From Lachnospiraceae bacterium (lineage in GTDB: Bacteria; Bacillota; Clostridia; Lachnospirales; Lachnospiraceae), in contig JAUNWX010000008.1 of assembly GCA_030540075.1 (NCBI GenBank), forward strand, positions 8,638 to 72,637: a stretch of 64,000 nucleotides of DNA, given 5' to 3'. Positions 10,692 through 20,542 of the stretch are shown here, piece by piece. Made by a program: the position numbers and the translations under genes. Under the pieces are notes generated by a model, which saw nothing but the letters and a program-made list of their open reading frames with translations, had not been told where the DNA came from and did no database searches. Numbering within the stretch: position 1 is the stretch's first letter; each line of letters starts with the position of its first letter.

Positions 10692-12086
10692 TCAATTACT
10701 GGATTTCAACGCATCTTCAAATCCGTCTTCTACGCCCTCTGCCGCATCTGAAGTAAAAATCACCTGTATGGTTTTCATCAGAATTTCAATATCCAGAGAA
10801 ATACGGTAATTCTGAATATACATCAGATCCAGCTTCAGCTTATCATACGCAGTCGTATTATACTTTCCATACACCTGCGCATATCCTGTAAGACCAGCCT
10901 TGACCTTCAGCCGGTATGCAAATTCCGGAATCGCCTCTTCGTACTTCGCAGCAATTGCCGGGCGCTCCGGACGAGGTCCCACCAGCGACATATCGCCCTT
11001 TAGAATATTGAAAAACTGAGGAATCTCATCCAGACGTGTCGCACGAATGAAATGACCGACCTTTGTAATTCGATCATCATCCTTCTGCGAAAGGCGTTCC
11101 TTTCCATCCTGCTCCGCGTTTTCCTTCATACTGCGAAACTTGTAAATATAGAAGCTTTTTCGGCCATATGTAAACCGCTCCTGCTTATAAAATACACTTC
11201 CATGATCCTCTAACTTGATGGCGATGGCAACCAGCAGCATGATTGGCGACGTTATAATCAGAAGAATCAGCGAGATGATGATATCCAGCAGTCGTTTCAT
11301 CACCTTACTCTCTATCGTCAAGCCTTCATTTCTCGCCATCAGCATCGGGGTATCAAACATATGCTGGCTTTCACTGGACCGTATGATGATATCCGAAATT
11401 TTAGGTGATACGTACGTACGGATATTCTGGTCATAGCAGTACTTCAGAATATCATTCCGACTTTTCGCACAGATATCACAAATGACCACGCCTTCATACT
11501 GTGGAATCATCTCAATCACACGATTTATTCCTTCATCGATTGAAACGAGCCCACTAACCGTAAACCGATCGGTACGATTCGCGATTTTCCGAATCAGGCT
11601 CGCTGCTGGGCGATCTCCATACACCATCAGTACCCTACGTGGCGGATAAGCTCTCAGATAAATCTTGTTGCAGGCCCATGCCCATGGAATAGAGAAGATA
11701 ATCTGCACAACTGTCATAAGCATAAGCGGCAACGCGTTTTCCAGATGCTTCGTTAACAAGATGATCATGACATATGCGCCCATATTTGTGATGATCGCAC
11801 CTACTGCCTGTGCAAATATGATATTAAACACGCGTATATATCCGTTTTTCCAGCCGTTATAAATGCGAACCACCAGATACATCGCCACTACGTAAACAGA
11901 CATAATCAGATAATGTCCTTTACGCCAGAACATTCGCTCCATCCGCAGATTATAGTACTTCGACCAGGTCAGCCAGAACGCTACTCCATAGATGGTTAAA
12001 AGTATAATGCAGAATAACCCCCTCAGGAGTCTTCTATATTGACTTCGATTATCCAAATTTTTTCTCGTTTCTATATAATTATTCAA
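10692..12086 (-). CDS. Polyprenyl glycosylphosphotransferase (sugar transferase, CpsE-like initiating enzyme)
   Basis: N-terminal TMs; KRLLDI, FYKQER, YKFRSM, RITKVGHFIRATRLDEIPQFFNILKGDMSLVGPRPE. Confidence 0.9.
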   Translation of the reverse strand: MNNYIETRKNLDNRSQYRRLLRGLFCIILLTIYGVAFWLTWSKYYNLRMERMFWRKGHYLIMSVYVVAMYLVVRIYNGWKNGYIRVFNIIFAQAVGAIITNMGAYVMIILLTKHLENALPLMLMTVVQIIFSIPWAWACNKIYLRAYPPRRVLMVYGDRPAASLIRKIANRTDRFTVSGLVSIDEGINRVIEMIPQYEGVVICDICAKSRNDILKYCYDQNIRTYVSPKISDIIIRSSESQHMFDTPMLMARNEGLTIESKVMKRLLDIIISLILLIITSPIMLLVAIAIKLEDHGSVFYKQERFTYGRKSFYIYKFRSMKENAEQDGKERLSQKDDDRITKVGHFIRATRLDEIPQFFNILKGDMSLVGPRPERPAIAAKYEEAIPEFAYRLKVKAGLTGYAQVYGKYNTTAYDKLKLDLMYIQNYRISLDIEILMKTIQVIFTSDAAEGVEDGFEDALKSSN

Positions 12087-13837
12087 GCATCCAGCTTAAG
12101 ATATTTCCTCCAGAACCCTGCGGTCTGCATAGTCTGAATTTCCCGCCGATATTCTTGCTGTGCCTTTCTGTACTGTGTAGCAATCAGTAAATATGTCCTT
12201 CCAATCGTACATAGTACGCCCATAAGTTCACGCCAGCTCTTATGAACCGCAATGCCTGTCTGCGAATCCGGATCAAACAGAATAACATTCTTTTTCCGAA
12301 AAAGAGCATATGGGTGAATCCCCATCGGATACGCATACACTTTATCACGCTGTGACGGCAGGAGCCATCCATTTACTGTAATCTGATATTTCCATTTATT
12401 CTTTACGGTATATTTCTGATACACATCCGAAATATTCTCAGGCTTTTGATAATTCCTAATTTCATTTTTCAGATTTTCATCGGTCGTCAGAGTATCTATC
12501 GGCAGCATTTTGTAGCCGGAATCCATCAATTCTCGATTCTTTTCCTGCGGGTTAAGATTCTTCAAATATTCTGGTCCTCTGCAAAAATCTCTGACCGCCA
12601 TGTAGGTCATATTCACATCCTTATACCGGAAGCGAAGTGTATTCGCCATGAAACGTTTAAAAATATACCTCTTCATGAAACGAAGATTACCATTCTGAAA
12701 ATAAACTGCATTTGTCAGCATGATATTCCGTATATCATAGTAGGACAAGCTTGATGCACGCTTATTCTCGAACACAGAATGCCATACATTTATGCCATTC
12801 AGCGTCATGACACCATTCCTGTTTCGCAGCCCATACTCCACATCATCCATATGAAGGAAGAATGGAATCGGCATGTTATCTTCTCTCACGACAGACAGCG
12901 GATAGCAAGCATACCACCATGCCGCATAGTCCCCCTGACGCAATTCTTCATTTTTCATGACATGCGCAAATGCCCGTAGATCCATCCCCTGATTCGTCAC
13001 AATCGGATCACCACCAGCCCAGTTTGCCGCCACCTCATGTAGGGTATAGCGTCGATCTAAGCGCAGCATCGCCCCCGCTACACTGGACAGCTTATACTGA
13101 TCTCGTGCATACGAAAGAAGACCATAGGTCCGCACCAGCGCATCCGGATTCAGTACGATGTCATCATCCATAAAAATCATATGCGTAAGATGCAGTTCTT
13201 CTTTCTTCCTCTGAATTTCCAGAACGCCTCGTGCAAAGCCACCGGTTCCGCCTGCATTCATATTCGGATAAACACGGATATGCTCATCCTCCAGCTTCGT
13301 AGCATCCAGTGACTGTCCGTTATCACTGATAAAAATATGAATCTTACCATACAGAGGAGATTCTGGATTCTTCAGAATCTCCTCTGTCAGCATACTGATA
13401 TTACGATACACGAATTCTTCTCTTTTATATGTGCAAATATCAAGCGCAAGTGATACATCCTGCTCAGGCACATCCTTCGTATAAAAATATCCGGACTTTA
13501 TCGGCATTACAGAACTGTCATCGATATTACGGACCGCAAAGTAAATAAATCTGCTAGTCTTTCCATACTCCATAGGAATGTCAACCGATTCTGCCTGTGG
13601 CATACCGATATCCACCGAAGAAAGGATGCCATACTCATCATGAACTTCTATATGAACAGCTGAAGCACATGATAAATGAAGCCGAATATCCCGCACTGTC
13701 GTGTATGTTCTCCACTTTTCAAGTGAAAATGCGTTAAAATATGTATTAAAAAAATATGTTCCACCGCTCACATGATAGAACATAGACTCATCACTGCATA
13801 TCTGCTTATCTGGCTGCAGAAGATTCTGCAATATCAT
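12083..13837 (-). CDS. Glycosyltransferase family 2, GlfT2-like (paralogue of 2183-3997)
   Basis: ISDNG, NAGGTGGFARGV, FMDDD, YAAWWYACYP, HMDDVEYGLR. Confidence 0.8.
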   Translation of the reverse strand: MILQNLLQPDKQICSDESMFYHVSGGTYFFNTYFNAFSLEKWRTYTTVRDIRLHLSCASAVHIEVHDEYGILSSVDIGMPQAESVDIPMEYGKTSRFIYFAVRNIDDSSVMPIKSGYFYTKDVPEQDVSLALDICTYKREEFVYRNISMLTEEILKNPESPLYGKIHIFISDNGQSLDATKLEDEHIRVYPNMNAGGTGGFARGVLEIQRKKEELHLTHMIFMDDDIVLNPDALVRTYGLLSYARDQYKLSSVAGAMLRLDRRYTLHEVAANWAGGDPIVTNQGMDLRAFAHVMKNEELRQGDYAAWWYACYPLSVVREDNMPIPFFLHMDDVEYGLRNRNGVMTLNGINVWHSVFENKRASSLSYYDIRNIMLTNAVYFQNGNLRFMKRYIFKRFMANTLRFRYKDVNMTYMAVRDFCRGPEYLKNLNPQEKNRELMDSGYKMLPIDTLTTDENLKNEIRNYQKPENISDVYQKYTVKNKWKYQITVNGWLLPSQRDKVYAYPMGIHPYALFRKKNVILFDPDSQTGIAVHKSWRELMGVLCTIGRTYLLIATQYRKAQQEYRREIQTMQTAGFWRKYLKLDA

Positions 13838-14670
13838 TTTTTCACTCTCCGTTTTTTCTGCTTCGCTATGTCATTCGAGATAATTCCATCCAGGGTATAC
13901 TTAAACGACTGCCAAGGTGTCACATAACCTTTATATAAATTTCTTTTCACCATGGTATAATACGCCGCATACAGAATGGATACTGGAAGTCCCAGCATAT
14001 ATCGGTTCGTAATCCCCCGCTTATAGAAGAAGTCTCGATCGAATCCCCTAAACCAGGTAGAGTCTGTCTGCGCTACTGTACCTATACTTTTCGGAACATA
14101 GTAGGCTTTCAGCCCCGCTTTTATACAGTCTCTCAGGAACTTGACTTCTTCGCCACCTCCATTTCCGGTTCCAGCGCCCATATCTTCATCAAATCGTATT
14201 CCACTTTTCAATATAGATTCTCTGCGAAATGATATCTGCCAGGATGCAATGCGCATCGCGGTCCATTTCGTAAGGCGCTGCATTTTCTGCGTTAAGCGGC
14301 TTGGCTGATTCGAGATTCGAAAACAGATGATGTCCGCATCTGGAAGTGCTTCATATGCCTTCAGGATAGTATCCTCATAGGATGAATCCAGCTGTTCATC
14401 ATCATCGCAGAGAAGACATAGATCTCCGACAGTATGCTGGATAGCCAAATTACGACTTTTTGACAGTCCTCGCGTGTTTGTTCTTATCATACGGATAGTA
14501 CCACGCGAACCGTTTTGCGCTTCAATCGCGTTGCGATCTAACGAAACATCATCCGAACACTCGGCCTGTGGGCACTGATTTACAATCAGCGCATCCGTCT
14601 GAATTCCTGTCTGTTCAGCAATTCTCATACCCTGCTGGTTCATACAGGAAATCAATACTTCCAAATTCAT
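13834..14670 (-). CDS. GT-A fold glycosyltransferase (family 2/A)
   Basis: LEVLISCMN, RGLSKSRNLAI, CLLCDDDE, FDEDMGAGT...GEE. Confidence 0.8.
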   Translation of the reverse strand: MNLEVLISCMNQQGMRIAEQTGIQTDALIVNQCPQAECSDDVSLDRNAIEAQNGSRGTIRMIRTNTRGLSKSRNLAIQHTVGDLCLLCDDDEQLDSSYEDTILKAYEALPDADIICFRISNQPSRLTQKMQRLTKWTAMRIASWQISFRRESILKSGIRFDEDMGAGTGNGGGEEVKFLRDCIKAGLKAYYVPKSIGTVAQTDSTWFRGFDRDFFYKRGITNRYMLGLPVSILYAAYYTMVKRNLYKGYVTPWQSFKYTLDGIISNDIAKQKKRRVKK

Positions 14671-14738
14671 AAAAATCCCTCTTAGTAAATGCTAAGAGAG
14701 ATTTTACCACAAGTCTTCTTTTATGAATAGTCTGCGAA

Positions 14739-15320
14739 TCAGTTCAATGACGCTGTACCCGCCTCTGTTGATTCTTCATCAGCCTGTTCGTTCGCTACAG
14801 ACTCCATAATCTTATTTCCATCCACGCTCGGATCCAGTGGAATCTCCGTTCCAGGCTGAATCGTTTCATCATACAGCGCTTCCCCACCACAGGTTACCTT
14901 ATAGGTGTAACTATAGATGTCATAAACAGAACCAAACTGTGTATCATCCGCCTGTTTGATACGAAAGTCCTGAATATAGGCATTATTATCAATTTTCTTT
15001 GTCACATCGGAAAGAAGAACCTGTACGGCATAATCTGCTACGCCTTCCTGAATATCTATATCAACCTCGATATTCTTCGTGTCATTATCGCCACTGATTT
15101 CCATCGATTTCACAAACGGAAATACCACATGCGTCTTCGAAAACGAATCGATGACATCATCATTCAGCTGATCAAAATCCATCTCATAAGGAGCATCCGC
15201 AGGGGCCGTCGTCATAACCGGATCATCCACTGGTGCTTCATACGTCGGCTTACATGCAGTTACAGAAAGCGCAACAAGTGCCGTCACGCCAAAAATCATC
15301 AAATTCTTCATCGATTTCAT
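14739..15320 (-). CDS. Acidic hypothetical lipoprotein
   Basis: MKSMKN followed by a hydrophobic stretch ending in lipobox-like VTA-C; Asp/Glu-rich body. Confidence 0.65.
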   Translation of the reverse strand: MKSMKNLMIFGVTALVALSVTACKPTYEAPVDDPVMTTAPADAPYEMDFDQLNDDVIDSFSKTHVVFPFVKSMEISGDNDTKNIEVDIDIQEGVADYAVQVLLSDVTKKIDNNAYIQDFRIKQADDTQFGSVYDIYSYTYKVTCGGEALYDETIQPGTEIPLDPSVDGNKIMESVANEQADEESTEAGTASLN

Positions 15321-15537
15321 ATCACATTCTCCTATGGTTTTCTGAGATCAGCGGTCGTTCGCATGCTTTCGATGCGATTACGTCACTGTTTAGGTTTTTA
15401 GTCAGATTACAACGTCGCCTATCATACCATTCTTTCAGGAAAAAGCCTAGCAGGTTCACGATATGTTCATGAAAAGTTCAGAGAGTTCTTTCATATCATT
15501 ATAGTCGAGTGCCTGATCTTCATACAAAAACCTGTTT

Positions 15538-15575
15538 AAAAAAGGTTCCGAGGATTTCTCCCCGGAACCTTTTTT
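15538..15575. terminator. Rho-independent terminator downstream of the cell-wall-binding protein gene
   Basis: AAAAAAGGTTCCG...CGGAACCTTTTTT inverted repeat with A/T tails on both sides. Confidence 0.75.
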
Positions 15576-15603
15576 GAATCTCTCAAAGAATGATGTTCAG
15601 AAA

Positions 15604-17130
15604 TTAGTCAGCAATGTACCAAGTCTTATCATCCTTCATATCATCATAAGCGTCCTTGCTTGCTGCCTTGTTAAGGATCTTACCATCCTCATCAGTCAGC
15701 CAGTACTGGTCGTTCTCATCCTTGACAGTCTTGTTCTTCACAAGAGTACCCTGCTTATTAACAAGATACATACCTACTGTCATATCATTATAATTGGTTG
15801 TGATGCTCAGACCATCAGTAGCTACTGCGCCATAGTTGTTGTCATCATCAGCTGCTGGCTTCAGAACCAGACCTGCAACAGTGAACTTCTTAATCTTTGT
15901 ATCATACTGAGTCTTTGCTTCACCATTCTTCTGGAAATAGAACTGATAGGTATCATCATCCATCTCGATGTTCTGATATCCAGTCTTCATGGAGCCATCC
16001 TTCTCTTCGTCAGTTGAGAAGAAGAATACACCATCGTTGTTCTTAGCGATCCACTCCTTAGCAGTGAAGTCATCAGGATTACCAACCTTGGTTACGCCCT
16101 GGTTATCAGCTCCAACAGCTACGAAGCCCTTCTGCATACGGCCGTACTCATCGAATGCATAGTACTTGCCATTGATCTTCTTCTTCTGATCAACAGTCAG
16201 CTTGCCATTCTTACCGAAGTAGAACCATCTGTAGTCATCGTTCTCGTAATCCTTGTTGATCCAATTCTCATCCGGAATAGCCCAAACCCAGGTGTTCTTT
16301 CTCTGAGAACCATCGCCATTGAGATATGCGATATTTGTTGCTGTAGTACCAGTAGCAATCTCATCAAGTGCGGACCATGTATCGCCATGCTGAATAGCCC
16401 ACTCATCAACCATGCGGCCGTACTCATCGAATACATAGTAAACGCCGTTGATCTTCTTACGCTTGCTGGACTGCTTGATGCCGTCGCCATCAAAGTAGAA
16501 CCAGTAATCCTCGGTATCGCCGTCTTCCTTCTCTACGTTAAGCTGAGCCCAACCAGTCTGAGCATGACCATCATTCCAACCGTTGAAATAGTAGTCAGCG
16601 TTCATCCAAGCCTGAGCATCGTCGTCATCCTGAGTGTGGGAATCAGTATTAACCCAGCCATAAAGCATGTGGCCCTCAGAATCGAATGCATACTTAAGGC
16701 CGTTGATGGTCTTAACCTTGTTCTTTGTAAGCTTCTTGTCAGACTCGGTGGTGTAAGCCTTACCATCGTTGCCGAAGTAGTACCACCAGTACTCAGCATC
16801 AAGATCGGTATTATCATCGTCGTCCATAGCTACAGCCTTCCAGGTATTCTTTACCATAGCGCCGTACTGGTCAACATAATAGTACTTGGTCTTGGAGCCG
16901 GACTCATCCTCGATCAGCTTATCGGTAGCCATAACTCCGTCGCTGTCAAGATAGAACCAATTTCCGTTTGCGGACTTCCACTCGTCAACAACCTCTGTGC
17001 CGTCGTTGTTCAGGTATCTCCAAGCGCCTGTTGAGTTATCCCAACCTGCTGCCATGGAAACAGCTGAAAAACCAAGAGCAAGAAGTGCTGCAGTTGAAAG
17101 TGTTGCCATTACCTTTGTCTGCTTCTTCAT
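15604..17130 (-). CDS. Secreted cell-wall-binding-repeat surface protein (CW_binding/choline-binding-like repeats throughout)
   Basis: Signal peptide MKKQTKVMATLSTAALLALGFSAVSMA; about 10 aromatic repeats (WFYLDSDGVM, YYYVDQYGAM, KYAFDSEGHM, YYVFDEYGRM, YYAFDEYGRM); no catalytic domain seen. Confidence 0.85.
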   Translation of the reverse strand: MKKQTKVMATLSTAALLALGFSAVSMAAGWDNSTGAWRYLNNDGTEVVDEWKSANGNWFYLDSDGVMATDKLIEDESGSKTKYYYVDQYGAMVKNTWKAVAMDDDDNTDLDAEYWWYYFGNDGKAYTTESDKKLTKNKVKTINGLKYAFDSEGHMLYGWVNTDSHTQDDDDAQAWMNADYYFNGWNDGHAQTGWAQLNVEKEDGDTEDYWFYFDGDGIKQSSKRKKINGVYYVFDEYGRMVDEWAIQHGDTWSALDEIATGTTATNIAYLNGDGSQRKNTWVWAIPDENWINKDYENDDYRWFYFGKNGKLTVDQKKKINGKYYAFDEYGRMQKGFVAVGADNQGVTKVGNPDDFTAKEWIAKNNDGVFFFSTDEEKDGSMKTGYQNIEMDDDTYQFYFQKNGEAKTQYDTKIKKFTVAGLVLKPAADDDNNYGAVATDGLSITTNYNDMTVGMYLVNKQGTLVKNKTVKDENDQYWLTDEDGKILNKAASKDAYDDMKDDKTWYIAD

Positions 17131-17185
17131 AATAAATGCACTCTCCTTTTTTTCTTTTCGAGCCTATAGGCTCAGTTACGGTGAG

Positions 17186-17214
17186 ATTATACCTCTAAGC
17201 GTGCTACCTTGCAA
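17186..17214 (-). promoter_or_regulatory. Sigma70-type promoter of the surface-protein gene
   Basis: Minus strand TTGCAA-17 nt-TATAAT, ~55 nt upstream of an AAGGAGAG RBS and the ATG at 17130. Confidence 0.75.
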
Positions 17215-17223
17215 GTCCTTTTC

Positions 17224-17380
17224 TTACGAGGTTCCGCGGAGGAAGTACTTGCTTCGTACTCTCTCATCATTTACGAGGTTATCTTACTGCGATTCGATCA
17301 GAAAGTATATAACAGAGTCATTACTAATTCTTACGAATTTCTTAAAGACTATCTTTCGTACTTCTTAATCAAATCTTAAT
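17224..17380 (-). promoter_or_regulatory. Cluster of direct-repeat boxes upstream of the -35 (possible response-regulator sites)
   Basis: AACCTCGTAA twice (17224-17233, 17271-17280); TTTAAG-N5-CGTAAG (17330-17346); ATTAAG-N5-ATTAAG (17364-17380). Confidence 0.4.
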
Positions 17381-17433
17381 AATTAACCTATGTCTGCGAT
17401 TATACATTCTTTTTGAAGGAATGCAAGCACTTT

Positions 17434-18636
17434 TTACATATTCGGTGAAGGCATGCCGAGATACATGTGCACATCACCGTCCTTCAAAGATCGATTATCC
17501 TTCACGTCGAGGGCGTCCATCCAGGCTCTGGTCGTCAGGGTGCCCCATGGACCGCTGCCTACGCCTCCGCCGTTATCGTTATCCCAGAGCCATGCCGGTG
17601 ATGGCCAGAGGCAGGTGGTCGGTGCGATCCGTGCATAGGCGTCCTGATCTACGCCCTGCTGCCCGTGGTGTGCCATCTGTACGATATCTGATTTCAGTTC
17701 AGAGGCCGTACAGGTTTTGATCAGATCCTTTCCGCCGTCGTACGCGAGGTCGCCGAGGATCAGGATAGACTGGCCGCTCACACGGATCTTATAGACCAGA
17801 CTGCTGTTATTTACACCGTTATAGGTATATACGCCACGGTTGTTTAATACACGGATGTTTACATCATCGATGTTGATTTCTGTGCCACGGCCGATATTAT
17901 TCGTCACGGTACCGACCGGAAGCTTCGTAAAGGCACTCAACAGCTGATCTGCGATGCCGGCTCCCGTCGGGGAAACCTGGCGATACCAGTCCGGCGTTGC
18001 CAGCGAGCAGTAGATCTTATCGATTTTGATTTTCCTGGCGGTATCATTCAGAATCGCGCAGAGTGCACCGACATGATCCTCGTGCGGATGCGTGATGAGC
18101 CAGGCATCCACCTTTCCGCCCTGCTGCAGGATAAGTGATGACAGTTTATCTGCATCCGCTTCCCAGCCGCCATCGATGACGATGAGCTTTCCGTGTGGGC
18201 TCCTGATGACGATGCTTAGATTCTGCGCACCTGTTGCGCTTCCCAGCATCCATAACTCGCCGACACCACTTGCTCCAGTTGAAATCGATGTGTATGTCCC
18301 CGCCATTCCTGGAGTCTGTACTGTCTGTGCAGCTGTACTGCCTGCCGTACCGACTTCCTGTCCATTGCCACCGCCCTGGATCGACGTCATCTGTGTACTG
18401 GTACTTCCCGGTCCAGATACAATCTGTACGTTTGTCACATCTTGTGCCGATGCCGACGGCGCGGTCGATATGCCTGGCATATAGGTCGTCTGCGCCATGG
18501 TCGTATCGATGATCGGCGCTGCCTGCGCAGGCATCCTGCCGAAGATAAACAACGTCATCATCAGAAGGCAAAGGATTAGCGCATGCGCCATGCTATCTAT
18601 TTTCAATCCCTTCATTAAATTCCAGTCAAGTCTCAT
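17434..18636 (-). CDS. Secreted metallo-beta-lactamase-fold hydrolase (ComEC/Pce-like) with S/T/G-rich N-terminal linker
   Basis: IVIDGG, LITHPHEDHVG, ILGDL, QMAHHG; signal peptide ending AQA; Thr/Ser-rich region after it. Confidence 0.8.
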   Translation of the reverse strand: MRLDWNLMKGLKIDSMAHALILCLLMMTLFIFGRMPAQAAPIIDTTMAQTTYMPGISTAPSASAQDVTNVQIVSGPGSTSTQMTSIQGGGNGQEVGTAGSTAAQTVQTPGMAGTYTSISTGASGVGELWMLGSATGAQNLSIVIRSPHGKLIVIDGGWEADADKLSSLILQQGGKVDAWLITHPHEDHVGALCAILNDTARKIKIDKIYCSLATPDWYRQVSPTGAGIADQLLSAFTKLPVGTVTNNIGRGTEINIDDVNIRVLNNRGVYTYNGVNNSSLVYKIRVSGQSILILGDLAYDGGKDLIKTCTASELKSDIVQMAHHGQQGVDQDAYARIAPTTCLWPSPAWLWDNDNGGGVGSGPWGTLTTRAWMDALDVKDNRSLKDGDVHMYLGMPSPNM

Positions 18637-18648
18637 AACGTTCCTTTC

Positions 18649-20355
18649 TCACAATTCGATGATTGAGGCGCTATTGATGCCCACATAAAGAAGAAGCATA
18701 AAAATCGGTGTCGTGACCGGAATCGCGATATTGACCACCGCCTGCACCGCATAGGCAAGCACTGCGAAGCCGCAAGCAATAGCGCAGGCATTGCCTGGCT
18801 TTTTCAGCATCTGCCGAAGACTCGTCGTCAACACCCCAAGGTATGCAAGCGTACCTAGTATTCCGATAGTGGTCAGATACTCTATATATTCGTTATGCGC
18901 CGAATCAAATATGCCATAGCCTGCGTCCCGCATCGCATGCTTATAGCGGTCCATGGTGATAATGTAGTAGGTATCCGGCCCATACCCGATGAGCTTCTTT
19001 AAGAAACTGGCATCCTTCGTAAAATATTCCCAGGCCAGGCGCCAGTTGAAGCCTCGACCTGTTCCCCAGTTATCGCCAAAGATCAGTACATTACGATACG
19101 CATTCCATATTTCCGGATGTTTCCCTGTATTGGCATCTACGAAGATGGCTACTGCTACCAGAATACCTGTTAAGAAAAGCCCCAGCCAGATATGGCGCGC
19201 AATTCGCGTTGTCCTTTTTTCCACCGCCTGCATCACTTCCTTACGGAAGCGAATCGACAGCGCTATCGAAAAAATCCAAAGTGCGATCGTAAGAAAAAGT
19301 ATGGCTTTTGTTTTTCCAAGTGTCACAAAAACACTGCCGCCATCACAATCTGCCATCGTTGCCCGTCCAATGGTCAGCTGTGCTGTAATGACCACGCTCG
19401 TCATAAAGATACTCAACGCAATAAAATAGCGAGCTATAGTTTCCCGTGCATTCCAGCCCACAAAAGGAAGGAACGTAAAAATCGCAGCTGCCGCAAGAAG
19501 CCCATTATCGCTAATACCCATCACGATTGCGAGCGAGGAAAGTGCCAGCGCAATACATGTCAATATCGACTCGCGTTTTGAGTTCGAAAGCGTGAACAGT
19601 GCAACCGCTGCACCTAAGTGCAACGCCACCATATTTGTATAGGTATTGATATTGCCCACACTGGAAACAAAGGTATAAATATACTCGGGGCGTGTGTTCT
19701 TGTGAAATCCAAATAAATCTAAAAGGAAGAAATCTGTCATCCCCCAAATTTCCGGCAGACACGCAGCGATGAGGTAGGCGTAGATGTGCCATTTCTTGAA
19801 ATGATAGAATCTGGTTACAAGCCAATACGCGATGAAGAACATGAGCCAGAGGACGAGGCCACTGAAGCGACCGCGGCTGCCCCAGAGGGCTTCGTACTGG
19901 TAGTCGGCGAAGATTACGGACAGAGTCATGATGAAGATCAGTGCGATGAAGCAGATATCCGTCTTCGTGAGTTTCGTTTTGAGGACATTCCACTTCAGAT
20001 TCTCTTTAAACTTCGCTGTGAGGGCTCCGCCATTATCTCGTTTATCCGTAGTCAGATAGAAGATGCCCAGCACGAGAAAGAGGACGCCGTAGATGAGGGT
20101 CGGGATCCAGTAGAGCTGGAAACGAAATTTCAGGATGTCGAAGTATTTGTCATGGGTTGCGAGGGGGAAGATGCAGAGATAGAAAAGCACATAAATTGTC
20201 ATCAGATTGCTGGCGATGCGACCAAAGCGTTGATTAATACGGTCGCTTTCTGGGCCGACTGCATTCTGCAGTCCGATTGTGTTCTTTTCTCCTGCTGCCG
20301 TCTTTACTTCCTGTACTGCTTTTGCTGTGTTTCCGGATTTCTTTTGCTTGCTCAT
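18649..20355 (-). CDS. O-antigen ligase / O-oligosaccharyltransferase-like membrane protein (Wzy_C domain)
   Basis: About 12 TMs; WGTGRGFNW, LIGYGPDTY, FDSAHNEYIEYLTTIGILG with the conserved His. Confidence 0.8.
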   Translation of the reverse strand: MSKQKKSGNTAKAVQEVKTAAGEKNTIGLQNAVGPESDRINQRFGRIASNLMTIYVLFYLCIFPLATHDKYFDILKFRFQLYWIPTLIYGVLFLVLGIFYLTTDKRDNGGALTAKFKENLKWNVLKTKLTKTDICFIALIFIMTLSVIFADYQYEALWGSRGRFSGLVLWLMFFIAYWLVTRFYHFKKWHIYAYLIAACLPEIWGMTDFFLLDLFGFHKNTRPEYIYTFVSSVGNINTYTNMVALHLGAAVALFTLSNSKRESILTCIALALSSLAIVMGISDNGLLAAAAIFTFLPFVGWNARETIARYFIALSIFMTSVVITAQLTIGRATMADCDGGSVFVTLGKTKAILFLTIALWIFSIALSIRFRKEVMQAVEKRTTRIARHIWLGLFLTGILVAVAIFVDANTGKHPEIWNAYRNVLIFGDNWGTGRGFNWRLAWEYFTKDASFLKKLIGYGPDTYYIITMDRYKHAMRDAGYGIFDSAHNEYIEYLTTIGILGTLAYLGVLTTSLRQMLKKPGNACAIACGFAVLAYAVQAVVNIAIPVTTPIFMLLLYVGINSASIIEL

Positions 20356-20481
20356 GGAGAAGCTCCTTTAAGTAATTAATCGTAATAGTTTTCAGTAGGA
20401 CAGTGTCGTTCTGGATACATCATCACATGGATAGATGCTCTATCTGAGGCTATCCATGCCATAAAAATATCCATGTAGCAA

Positions 20482-20524
20482 ATTTCAGCGCCAAATCGCC
20501 CCTTCGGTCAATCCGCGCTGAAAT
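20482..20524. terminator. Hairpin downstream of the LCP gene
   Basis: ATTTCAGCGC (20482-20491) / GCGCTGAAAT (20515-20524) perfect 10-bp inverted repeat; long loop. Confidence 0.35.
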
Positions 20525-20542
20525 CTGTCTGTGTCGTTCGTA

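Noticed and set aside
17131-17433. Possible c-di-AMP or c-di-GMP riboswitch upstream of the surface-protein gene
   Set aside because: A consensus promoter lies only ~55 nt from the start codon and the conserved aptamer motifs were not found.
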